The translations under genes and the position numbers were made by a program. Below the pieces are notes generated by a model, which made no database searches, had not been told where the DNA came from, and saw only the letters and a program-made list of their open reading frames with translations. Below are positions 1 to 12,800 of a DNA stretch of 64,000 nucleotides, in pieces (the stretch's first letter is position 1; every line of letters starts with the position of its first letter). This DNA comes from Octopus vulgaris (lineage: Eukaryota): positions 86,242,001-86,306,000 of the forward strand of contig OX597824.1 in the NCBI GenBank assembly GCA_951406725.2, written 5' to 3'.

Positions 1-118
1 GAGTCTGCTGCCCTAACCGCTGGGCCATTGCGCCTCCACACTAACCAATATATAAACACACGCATACACACATGCACACACAGAGATATCTCTCCCAGAA
101 GGAAACAGAAGGTTTTAC

Positions 119-261
119 CTGTTAATTCGAGGCAAGGAAGCACCACGTAGTTTACGCTGAGCTTGAGCAATTTCCTCGTTTTTCCTTTTCAAGATTTTCT
201 GCTGCTGGAGGTTACGCTGTTCCAATTGCTTCACACGAACTTTCTCTCGCTGCATCACTCG
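119..261 (-). CDS. KIF27: KIF7/27 exon 25 ([39 protein letters not shown]...)
   Basis: ccccag / gtaaaa, 143 nt; QQQKILK..EEIA motif as recalled in KIF7. Confidence 0.91.
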
Positions 262-2941
262 CTGGGGAAAAAGGGGAAATGATAAATACAGCCAAATCTA
301 CAAGACGAAGGGTTGGGCCATATTCATTGCCTAAGTTCATCTTAACAAATTTGTTTCTCAAAATTGCGAGGGATAAGCTGAATCAGTAACATGAAGAAGA
401 GAATGCCTCATACAATTCTTTATTTCTAAGACAAGGAATTGTATTAAGTATAACGTTTATATTAATTGGACGGTGTTCTCATCTCGATTGCTATTTTTTG
501 TTTGGTTGTTGAACACTCCAGCTTTCTCCAGGTGTCTTGTGCTGAACTCAAGTTGTATCAGAATTTTGAACCCAACCCTTTATTGAATTCACGAGGGTAC
601 TCTGTTCTCATTCAGCTCTCTGCAGGCATAGCATGGTAGATCAAACCAGTATGATCACAAGCTCAAATTCTTAGCCTCCACATCAAGCCATAGTTAGTGG
701 AGAGAACATGCTGAGGCCTTCCGCCTTTATTTCTAAGACAAGGAATTGAATGGATGGATGCAGAAGCTGTAGAAGATCTTGACTTTGCAGATGATATAGC
801 ACTGCTTTCACAGATATATAGCCAAATGCAAAATAAAACGTCAAAATTAGAAGCAATAGCTGCCAAACTAGGATTGAAAGTCAACCGCGACAAATCAAAA
901 ATTATGCGCGTTAATGAAGAAAACAGCGAATGCATTGAAATAGGAACCAGTGAACAAGAGGACTAAGGTTTGGTGGAAAATTTTAATTCAAAACTTATGA
1001 AAAAAAGACATTTGTACTACAGGGCCAGAAGTGGTTTCAGCTGGGTTGGTATCAAGAGGGTTAATGCCTTATTATCTAACACTCACAGGTTCAATTTCCT
1101 CTTGAAGTGTGATGGAGGAAAAAGACGACAGAAAAAGAAGCAAAAGGGAGATAGAAATACATAAGGCCTTATCTGTTGACCTAGGCAGGAAGAGCAATCA
1201 CTCTCAAGAAATAAACACGTCCTTGCACGCTGCCGTCTCTCATCGAACTCCCCACACATGCTTTTTGCCCACGCATGCCCCTGTAGCTCTTATGGCAGCC
1301 CTTGCAGTCTTCACTTCCGTTTGCCTCATCTGCAATCCTCTCCACCAACACCACATAGCTCATCACAGCCCATAACACCACAAGCACCACATTATTTATA
1401 CACATCTTTTATGAAAATAATATTCAGAAACTGATAAAAGTTAATTTGAGGTTAAACATCCACCCACTAAAATTAAGACAAAAAGTAGAAACAAAAACAA
1501 CAAAAAAACACACAAAACAAAACCAAACTAAATCTTGAAACTTTACCTCTATTTTAGACTTCTTGTCATGTTCTTCTTTCAATTTTCTCTGCAAAGTCTC
1601 ATGTTGTTGCTTCATTTTCAGTACAGACAGTTTCAAGTCTTCAATTCTGTCCAATTAAAGAAGGAAAAACTTTTGAGTAAGGACCAAGGTGTGCTTCTTA
1701 TTAAGTAATAGGAATCTTTTATATTTTACTTGTTGCAGCCTTTGGACAGTGGCCATGCTGGGGCACCGCCTCGAAGACTTTTAGCTGAACAACCCCTGAC
1801 ACCGAGAGCATCGACGGATGTTTGAATGCACATCCAGGGTCAGCAGTTGCGTAGGAAGTCGGGGACAAGAAACAGGAAGAGAAAGTTGGGGCGAAAGTGT
1901 ACAACAGGTGTCGCCACCCCCACCCCCTGCCTGAGCCTTGTGGAGTTTCAGGTGTTTTCGCTCAATAAACACACACAACGCCCGGTCTGGGAATCGAAAC
2001 CGCGATCCTCCGACCGCGAGTCTGCTGCCCTAACCACTGGGCCATTGCGCCTCCACTTCCTTTGCTGCTCTTGTTGCTGTGTCAAACCCTGAATTAACGT
2101 CGGTGTGAATCATCGTTAACTTACTTTTTCTCATTTTGTGACGTAATGTTGGCGACTTTGACCGTTTCCTTCTGTTGCTTCCTCAAAGTAGAGATCTTCT
2201 GTTCAGCATCCTCAATCTTCTTCAAATACATCCTGCAAAGATAACAACACAGCGGCACAAGTTAGATAACTGACGATCAGGGAACTACGACTGGTGAATA
2301 CATAACTAAGTAGCCTCCCTTGTTTGTTGCACATCTACACATCTATTCGCGTTTATCACGAAGGTTTAGTTAAAAAAGGAAGAAAAGTGATTAATCAATC
2401 AGTGATAAACGAATCACACCCCACACTAGCGAACCCTCCATTGTTATGGATTTATTTGATCGTCTCTACCTTTTCATATACAGAATGCACTCGTCTGTGT
2501 CATTTGTTAAGATCAGGGGCCTTTGTATTTTTTCTGCCTCACTGGTCCCCTGTTGGTGAGTATAAGTATATAAACCCTAATAAAAAAAAAAATGTAGCCT
2601 CACATCATGGTCATGTAAACACAAGTGACAGCCTGTGTATCCTGGGTAGCTGAGCTTTGTGGGTAGTTGCTGGGGTGTGTTTCTTGCAGTACAATGAGAA
2701 CCTTCCATCACCAGCCTATGCTACCATAAATCAGTCCCTGTTAAGTGTAACACGGTTCACAATAGGTACAGGAGTGGCTGTGTGATAAGCTGCTTACCAA
2801 CCAAATGGTTCTGGGTTCAGTTCCACTGTGTGACACCTAGGGCAAGTGTCTTCTACTATAAGCTCAGGCTGACCAAAGCTTTGTGAGTAGATTTGGTAGA
2901 CGGAAACTGAAAGAAGCTTGTTGTATGTATGTATGTGTATG

Positions 2942-2974
<33 letters not shown>

Positions 2975-3778
2975 GCTTTATTTAAAAGCAGCAGAAATTC
3001 AACAAAAGCTGTTACTCGGAGTTTCACGTGAAACTCCGAGTAACAGCTTTTGTTGAATTTCTGCTGCTTTTAAATAAAGCATATTACTCTACCTCTGGTA
3101 TTTGAGTACTCTTTTTTCCACCTTGTTTCACATTTATGTGTTTACTCCGGTAGTATATATATATGTGCCTGTGTTTGTCCCCCCACCATCACTTGACAAC
3201 CGAAGTTGGTGTGTTCACATCTCCATAACTTAGTGGTTCAGCAAAAGTGACCGATAGAATAAGTACTAGGCTTACAAAAAATAAGTCCTGGGTCGATTTG
3301 TTCGGCTAAAGGCGGTGCTCCAGGTTGGTCGCAGTCAAATGACTGAAACAAATAAAAGAGTAAAAGAATATGTGTCTCTATAAATATATATATCTTTTAG
3401 CTGCTTCAGTCACTGGAACTGTGGCCATGCTGGGGCAAAACCTCCAAGTCAATCCCAGTGCTTATTTATAAGTATGGTGCATATTCTATTGGTTGTTTTT
3501 GCCAAACCACCAAGTTGTAGGGACATAAACAAACCAATACAGTTGTAAAGAGGCCAGAGTGGAGAACAAACACAAACACACACATACATATATATATATG
3601 ATGGGCTTCCATATAGTTTCCGCCTACCAAAATCACTTACACGCTATGTTGGTCAGCCCAGGGCTGTAGTAGAAGACACTTGCTCAAGGGGCCACCTGTT
3701 AAAACTGCTTGTGAAACCATACGGGAGCTTCTTGGCCAATCATCCATCCATCCCGGAAGAGAACATACATACATATAT

Positions 3779-3821
<43 letters not shown>

Positions 3822-6800
3822 TGCATGCGTGTGTGTGTGTGTGTGTGTGTGTGTATACAGGGTGGCTCAAATTTCACAAATAATTCACTTATGCTCCATT
3901 TTAAATGTACAATATTTTAGCACCAAAAACGGTAGATATCTATATATCATCATCATCGTCATCATTTAAGGTGCATTGTCCATGCAGGCATGGGTTGGAA
4001 GGTTTGACTGGACTGGCACACTGAAAGGCTGCATCAGACTCCATTCTGATTTGGCAAGGTTTTCTGCAGCTGGATGCCCTTCCTAACGCCAACCACTCCA
4101 AGAGTGTAATGGGTGCTTTTACATGCCACCGGCACAGGTGCCAATTTGCGTGACACTGGTGTCTGCCACGACTGTGATTTTGCTCAGCTTGATGGGTCTT
4201 CTTCTCAAGCACAACATGATGCCAAAAGTCTTGGTCATTGCCTCCATGAGGCCCAACACTCATATATATAGCATATAAGAGCAAAACGCACCCCTGTCCA
4301 CTATAAAAAGCAATCAGGTTTTTCTTTTCATTAAAAAATAATTAAGCATGCCTTTATTTCAATAAAATTTTTGGTTTTGTTAAACTAAGTAAAGGCAAAA
4401 AAAAAAACTTCTTGAGAAACCAAATAGTCTTTCCTTCCTTCATGCCAAGTTTGAAGAAAATATCTCTTTTGCCTCTTACTTTTTTGGTCTCTTAAATATA
4501 CTTCATTTTGTGACATTATTTCAAGCCAGCCGGTTTTTTTGTGCAAACTGCATGTGCATTTTTCTTGTGTACGTGTAGTATCGATCGCAACAGCTGATGT
4601 ACATGCACATACAAATGCACATTCCCATGGCTTCATCGATCGCATTCTCACCTGGAATCGATTTTTTGTAATTTTTTCAAGACTTATACACGCCCTGATA
4701 CCGTCAGTATTTACATATCAAATTTGAGTGCAATTGGATGGAGGATGCCTGAGATCCTAGAAGACACACACACAGCAGACAGACAGAACGGATTTTATAT
4801 AATAGATATGTATGTGGGTGTGAAAAAAAAATCACATATCGCAAAAAAAAAAATGCAATTAAAAGAAAATTATTAAAATTTCAGCCTTTTTTGTGACTTC
4901 TGGGCTACCCTGTACATCCATGCATATGTACATAGATATATATTGTGTGTGTGTGTTGCAACAAGAAGCTAACTTACTTTTTTTCGTCGGTCTCATCACC
5001 CCTACCTTCCAAATCCTGCAGATTTCGTCTGGTTTCAGACAAATCCTTTTGCAATTTAACCATTTCCTAAAGAGAAATAGATAAGAATCAAAAGTTGCTG
5101 TAATACTTGATAGATAAGGTGGCAAGCAGAGCAGGCAGAATTGTTAGCATGCTGGGCAAAATGCTTAGCAGCATTTTGTCCATCTGTACGTTCTGAGTTC
5201 AAATCCCATCACAGTCAACTTTGCTTTTCATCCTTTCAGAGTCAATAAAATAAAAACTGGTTGAATACCAGAACTGATGTAATTGACTTGACTTACCGCT
5301 TGCCCCCAAAATTTCTGGCCTTGAGCCAAAATTTGAAACCGATATTTTACAAATATTATTGAGTTTTAATTGCATCCAATAAGAAGTTAAATGACACAAA
5401 TGATATTGTGTTGTTATTGTTGTTGTTCTTTAGCCACAGGCCGACTCATGATCAAAGGTGCTTTTACATGCCACCGGCATGAGGGCCAGTCAGGCAGTAC
5501 TGGCAACAGCCACACTCAAATGGTGCTTTTCATGTACTACCTGCACAGGATTCAGTCCATCGGCACTGACAACAACCTCACTCAAATGTTTTTTCAAGTG
5601 CCACCAGCGCGGGTGCTACTAAGGCGATGCAGGTAATGATCACACTTGAATGGTGTTTTTAATGTGCCATCGGCTCGGAGGCCAGCTTGTTGCTCTGGCA
5701 ACGATCTCACTTGTATGGTACTCTTAGCACTCCACTAGCTTGGATGCCAGGATTTCGATTCCAATTCACTTGCCTCAACAAGTCTTCGCAAGCAGAGTTT
5801 AGTGTCCAATGAAGGAAAGGCACGCAAGAATACATATTTATATCACTCAGCAGGACAGCCTTTTGTTAAGATGGCAGGGAGGGATTTTAGGGAAATTCTA
5901 CTGGCTTGCAGGGTTTTTTGTTTTGTTTAAATTGAGACTACATAATTGAAGTTCTGTGATTGTTGATGGCAAAAATTGTAGTAACGGTGGTGGTGCCGCA
6001 AATACAACCATTTTATGTGTTTAGCGAGACCTGCATCAGTTATTGACTGCCATGACACTGCATCCTTTAAGGCCCTCATGCTTTCCGAAATCCGCCGAAA
6101 CTACACCTGATTATATATACACTTTAGATGAGTTGTAGTGTACCTGAGCACTGTACACAATTATTATTATTATTATTATTATTATTAAAGGTTTAGCATC
6201 TCCTGATTATGACATCATCATAGCTGGTGCCACTGCCACCAGTTTAGGGCTCTAATTTGGGAGTTTCAGGGTTTTGAGGAGTGTGGAACACCTCTGAATA
6301 GACCTGTGCCCAGCTCTGTTCTGACCTGGAGTGTAGTACCAGTCAGGGCCCCAATTATGGGTCAGAAGATCACTCACAGATATTCCAGCAGATCCAAGCA
6401 TATGAGGCCCTTCAGCTATGGAACTTCTTCCCCAAGAGAAGGTAATTCCATACAAATCCTGCATCAACAGGGCTCATGGCACTTGTTACACCAAATCAAT
6501 ACAAGTATGAAAGACAAGAGAGTGGGATTGGCTCTGCACAAACCATGTCCACTATAATAATAATATTCATCATGCAGGGTGTTCAGAAAAGCAGGACACC
6601 AATACCTTAACAATTTCTTCTTAAATCCAATAGCAATAGGAAAAGGGGCAATGGGGACAGGTAGAGGATACTACTGGATACCTTCAGTTTTGATTCTGTA
6701 CACAGGCAACCATAGGGTCTGAAATTTTAAAAGGTCTGTTTCTTGGAGGTCCAACAAAAATACTAACCTTTCTTCCTTGATTAACCCTTTAGCATTCAAA

Positions 6801-8972
6801 TTACTCTGTCAAATGTAATACTTATTTATTCATAATGTTTTGAATAAATCATGCGTTATTCCGTAGCTTCAAGATTTTAATGATGCGAGTGTTTATTTTT
6901 AGAATGACATTGTAAGGTAGGTATGAGAGGCTGGACCTGGCTGGTTTGAACATAAAACAGGTAGAATATTTGGACCTGATTAGAGGATTAGATAGACAAA
7001 ATAAAAAAAAAAGGAAGATTTGTTTAAGAAAGTAAAAACCAAAGACAAGTGAGAAATGAACCAACCTTTTCCTGTTCCTTAATTTTCTGTACATATTGTC
7101 TGTTTAATGATGTCGCATCTTTACCTTTCTTAACAAGTTCTCGAATAAACTGTTCTTTCATCCTGAAAGACAAGGAGAACAAATAATTCGTTTATTCTTT
7201 TACTTGTTTCAGTCATTTGACTGCGACCATGCTGGAGCACCACCTTTAGTCGAACAAATTGACCCCAGGACATATTCTTTGTAAGCCTAGTACTTATTGT
7301 ATCACTCTTTTGCCGAACCACTAAGTTATGGAGATGTTACGAGGATGTAAACACACCAGCATCGGTTGTCAACCGATGGTGGTGGTGGTGGGGAAACACA
7401 AACACAAACAAACATATACGCACACACGCATACATACATATACATATATATATATGTGTGTATATACATATATACGACGGGCTTCCTTCAGTTTCTGTCT
7501 ACCAAATCCACTCAGAAGGCTTTGGTTGGCCCGAGGCTATAGTAGAAGACACTTGCCCAAGGTGCCACGCAGTGGGACTGAACCCAGAACCATGTGGTTG
7601 GTAAGCAAGCTACTTACCACACAGTCACTCCTGCACCTAAAAAAAGCCACAATTACATCGGCCGGGATAAGCATATAATTTGCTATGGAATTACTTGGTC
7701 TGCTAGAAATAGCAACCAAGTCTCCTTTATATCAAATCCTACTGTCTTCTAAAAAAAAAAAAGGACAGGTTGGATAATGTGGTCTTAGATACACTGTCCT
7801 CATCATGACCATTTAACATCCACTTTTCCATAGAGCACCTGTTTCTGTCTTCATTCCTGATTTCTCTCTCTTTCCCTCTCTCTCCGGCTGGGTAATCTTG
7901 TACTTTCTCTACAGTAAAACACCTGTTTCCTGTCTCTGTCTCACCGTAACCTTTCATCATCCGACACAAGATCACCTCCTCCAATGCCCCCTCCCCTCTC
8001 AAAAGTTCTTTTTTTCTTGCAAGTGCATGGTGGCCTTGTCAGTGCAGGTGCCACTTAAACGTACCCAGTCCACACTGTAAAGTGGTCAGTGTTCAGAAGG
8101 GCACTCAGCTGTAAAAACCTTGCCAAAACGGGCCTCATCTGTGCTTGTGCCACATAAAAAGCAGTGGTGGAGGCAGTGGAGGAGGAGAAGGAGGAGGAGG
8201 AGGAGGAGGAGGAGGAGAAGAAGAAGAAGAAGAAGAAGAAGAAGAAGAAGAAGAAGAAGAAGAAGAAGAAGAAGAAGAAACAACAAGAGACTTTGGAGGA
8301 AAATTTCAAAGACACTGAAAAGAAAGTAAGAACTGAAAGATCAGAAATGGAACCTACCGGATGTTAGAAGCCAAATTGGACAGTTTTTGGTTGGATTCAA
8401 GCATTTTCGCATCTGCTTCTGTCATCTCATTCTGTGGTTCCTCTTCAATGGAACTGGACGAAGACAATTGTTGTCTGCTTCGTGTGATGGACATTTCAAG
8501 GTGTTGAATGGAAACTTCACATGTGATGGCATCTAATCAACAGAAAATAATTTTCTTACTAGAGAAGTTTGCAGAATCTCTTCACTTGCCAGCCCCACCT
8601 CAATGGGCCTCCGTGCCGGTGGCACATAAAAAGCACCATCTGATCATGGCCGTTTGCCAGCCTCGCCTGGCCCCTGTGCCGGTGGCACGTAAAAAGCACC
8701 ATCTGATCGTGGCCGTTTGCCAGCCTCGCCTGGCCCCCGTGCCAGTGGCACGTAAAAAGCACCATCTGATCGTGGCCGTTTGCCAGCCTCGCCTGGCCCC
8801 CATGCCGGTGGCACGTAAAAAGCACCCACTACACTCACGGAGTGGTTGGCGTTAGGAAGGGCATCCAGCTGTAGAAACATTGCCAGATCAGACTGGGCCT
8901 GGTGCAACCTTCTGGCTTCCCAGACCCCAGTTGAACCGTCCAACCCATGCTAGCATGGAAAGCGGATGCTAA

Positions 8973-9011
<39 letters not shown>

Positions 9012-9302
9012 CATTTTTATCAATCTGATAAGTTCACATCACTCCATACAAAGCATAGATTGGTTTCGTTTTTCTCTGGCATGGGGGAGGAATGGAATAT
9101 ACAAGAAGCTTCATGGCTCACAACGGTCGTTCTGATGCATCTTGCATCGGTCCCTTGTAGGTGGGATACTGTACAGTTGGTTGTGGTGCATCCGTCGGAG
9201 CAGAACATCTCCTCAGGTGATGTTATAAGGGATATCTTGTTAATAAACATCGTTTCACTTGATTTTAATACAGCATGCTACCATTGACCGTGTGTGTGTG
9301 TA

Positions 9303-9348
<46 letters not shown>

Positions 9349-9632
9349 AATATAACCAAGAAAAAAGCAACAAGAATGGATCGGTAGATTAGTACAATTG
9401 TTTCATACTAAAAACATTTAATTTCAAGCTGCAAATATTTGCAGCTTGAAATTAAATGTTTTTAGTATGAAACAATTGTACTAATCTACCGATCCATTCT
9501 TGTTGCTTATTTTTTGGTTATAATCACCCCACATAATTTTATGGTTAATACCATAAAGAATCTTGGTGCATCTAAGTTAAGTACCATATTCATTTGAATT
9601 CATTTGAATTCTTTTGAATCTTGTTTTTGGTG

Positions 9633-9668
<36 letters not shown>

Positions 9669-9813
9669 CGTGATCACCGTGACCGACCAGGCTATCAGAT
9701 GTTGCTACATATCGCTGGTCACAATGCGCTTCACATTGTTTTAACCTTCAAATGACGCCACCCCCGCTGGCTAAGCAAGCAGGCCAACATACACGCACAC
9801 ACACACATATGGG

Positions 9814-9876
<63 letters not shown>

Positions 9877-12800
9877 ATGTACAAATAGCGTAACTGCATA
9901 TGGCTGCATTTGTGTGATGATATGTGCATGTGTGTTTGTGTGTGTGTGTACATACATGAATACATACCTTGGTCGCAAGAAATATCTTTAAAAGTGTCCT
10001 GTTGGTCTGACCTTAACTTTCCCACTTTAAATGTCGACCGCCGCTTGATTTCAGAATGATTCCTGCGGAATAAGACATAGAAATGAAACATTTAACTCTT
10101 CTAATAGGTCCTGGCACAAAATTATACACAATTTTTAAAAACCGTGTGTGTGTGTGTGAAACAGAGAGTGTGTATGTCTACAAGTCTGTGTATAAATATG
10201 TATGTATGTATGTATGTATATGGTTACATAAAAGTTTATAAGCATATAGTTTATAGTCGTAGGAGTGGCTGTGTGGTAAGTAGCTTGCTTAAGAACCTCA
10301 TGGTTCCGGGTTCAGTCCCACTGCGTGGCACCTTGGGCAAATGTCTTCTACTATAGCCTCAGGCCGACCAAAGCCTTGTGAGTAGATTTGGTAGATGGAA
10401 ACTGAAAGAAGCCCATCGTATATATATATATATATATATATATTTACACATGTATGTGTGTATATGTTTGTGTGTCTGTGTTTGTACCCCCACCAACATC
10501 ACTTGACAACCGATAGAATAATACTAGGCTTACAAAGAATAAGTACCTGGGGTTGATTTGTTCGACTAAAGGTGATGCTCCAGCATGGCCACAGTCAAAT
10601 GACTGAAACAGGTAATCGATAAATAAGAAAAGAAAGATATATTTACTTTCATTTCATTTCATTTCATTTGGGTTTGAGTCCATGCTCAGGCCAAGTCGAA
10701 GACTCCACCCTCAGAGTCTGGTGTGGTTGCCAGGTTGTATTCTCTGCTTAATTTTGACATGTGTAGGAGCGAGTTTGAGTCAGTTTGTGCTCGTTGTGTA
10801 TATCCTGGGAGATGGGGTTCATCTCTAATGGTGCTTAAGTATCTATCCAGCTGCAATTTGAATGATTCCACACTGCATCCTGATAGATTTCTGACATGTA
10901 CCGGAATGGAGTTGAACAGTTGTGCTCCTCGAACCAACAGACTTGATTCTCGCAGGGTTTTTGCTGCCTGGCCAGCCTTTTTGTTGATTGGTGGCAGCTG
11001 GCAGCGTCTTCCGTGGCGCAGTGAGTGGTAGGTTTTGATACCAAAGTTTGGCACCTTCTGCTCTATCACTTAATCAGTTGTTGAGCAGAGTCAAGCAATG
11101 GAAGCATACTGGCCCCATTACACAGAGGTCTGTAGGCAGAACCTGTGCTCTGTGAAGACATGAATACTATTTTTGGTATTTATACATTCCAATTGAGTTG
11201 TCATGTCACCACACATGTCCTTTCCTTGTGGAGGTGCAATGGCCCAGTGGTTAGGGCAGCGGACTGGCGGTCATAGGATCACGGTTTCGATTCCCAGACC
11301 GGGCATTGTGAGTGTTTATTGAGCGAAAACACCTAAAAGCTCCATGAGGCCCCGGCGGGGATGGTGGTGATCCCTGCTGTACTCTTTCACCACAACTTTC
11401 TCTCACTCTTACTTCCTGTTTCTGTTGTACCTGTATTTCAAAGGGCCGGCCTTGTCACTCTCTGTGTCACGCTGAATATCCCCGAGAACTACGTTAAGGG
11501 TACACGTGTCTGTGGAGTGCTCAGCCACTTACATGTTAATTTCACGAGCAGGCTGTTCCGCTGATCAGATCAACCGGAACCCTCGTCATCGTAACCGACG
11601 GAGTGCTTCCATGCCAGCAGGGAAAATTGACATTAAATGCTAATGATAATGATCATGAAGGCGGCAAACTGGCAGAAACGGTAGCACGCCGGGCGAAATG
11701 CTTAGCTGTATTCCATCTGCTGCTACGTTCTGAGTTCAAATTCCGCCGAGGTCGACTTTGCCTTTCATCCTTTCGGAGTTGATTAAATAAGTACCAGTTA
11801 TGTACTGGGGTCAATATAATCGACTTAATCCGTTTGTCTGTCTTCTCTGTGTTTAACCCCTTGTGGGTAGTAAAGAAATAGATAATGATTATGATGCACA
11901 GATACATAACTACAGGGTTGGGTACAAATATTTTGCAACAGAAATTTATACAGAGTCAAAGGGTCACCGACAGACCGGAGTACAGTACTTTTTGTCAAGT
12001 ATATAAGACAGAGGGAAACAGAGCAGGAATTTGGCTTACTTCTTGAATGTTTCAGACTGAATTTTATCCAAAGACATGTCCTCTCCTTGGCCAATGTCTT
12101 CAAAGCTGAGTTGAAGGACTTCATCAGCATCTTCTAAGTTCACAACCAACAACTGACTGCGGGCACGGAAGTTCTGCATAATCCGTTCCAAGGAGAAGAG
12201 GGCCGGACTCGTGTGTATTTGGCGAGAAGGAGGACGAAGATATGTCAGGCTGCTCTGGAATTATCAGAGGATATCAGGTTACATAAACAGAACATAGTAA
12301 TACTATTTTCTCAAGGACACATTCCTAAACTATCGTTATCTTTTAAATATAACAAAAAATTTAGTAAAATAACTTAGTTATCATTAAGCTAGTGTTAGGA
12401 ACATAAATTGTGACTAAGGTTTGGTTGAAAATTTTAATTCAAACCTTAAGAAAATGAGACATTTGTATTACAGAACCAAAGGAAAATAAAGATTATCAAA
12501 TGCATGTACAATACCAAAATCTTTACAAGAAGACAAAAGTTGTTAGATGTTTAACCCTTTTGTTACTATATTTATTTTGAGATGCTCTGTGTTTCTTAAA
12601 ATTAATTTTAAATATAACAAAGAATTTAGTAAATAACTTAGTTATCATTCAGCTTGTGTTAGGAACATAAACTGTGACTAAGGTTTGGTGGAAGATTTTA
12701 ATTCAAAACTTATGGAAACAAGACATTTGTATACAAAGCCAGATGTGGTTTCAGCCAGATTGGCATCAAAAGAGTTAAATGATGATGACGATGATAGTCT

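Noticed and set aside
1181-1405. 74-aa minus-strand ORF in intron 24
   Set aside because: No convincing splice sites or recognisable domain; exons 24 and 25 join in frame without it.
9020-9290. 76-aa minus-strand ORF as a possible cassette exon between exons 19 and 20
   Set aside because: Available AG acceptors are not phase 1 in the open frame, and exons 19 and 20 already join in frame.
11228-11300. tRNA genes at SINE heads (also 21769, 36960, 40584)
   Set aside because: A/B boxes run directly into SINE bodies, copies are diverged, and I see no complete cloverleaf with terminator.
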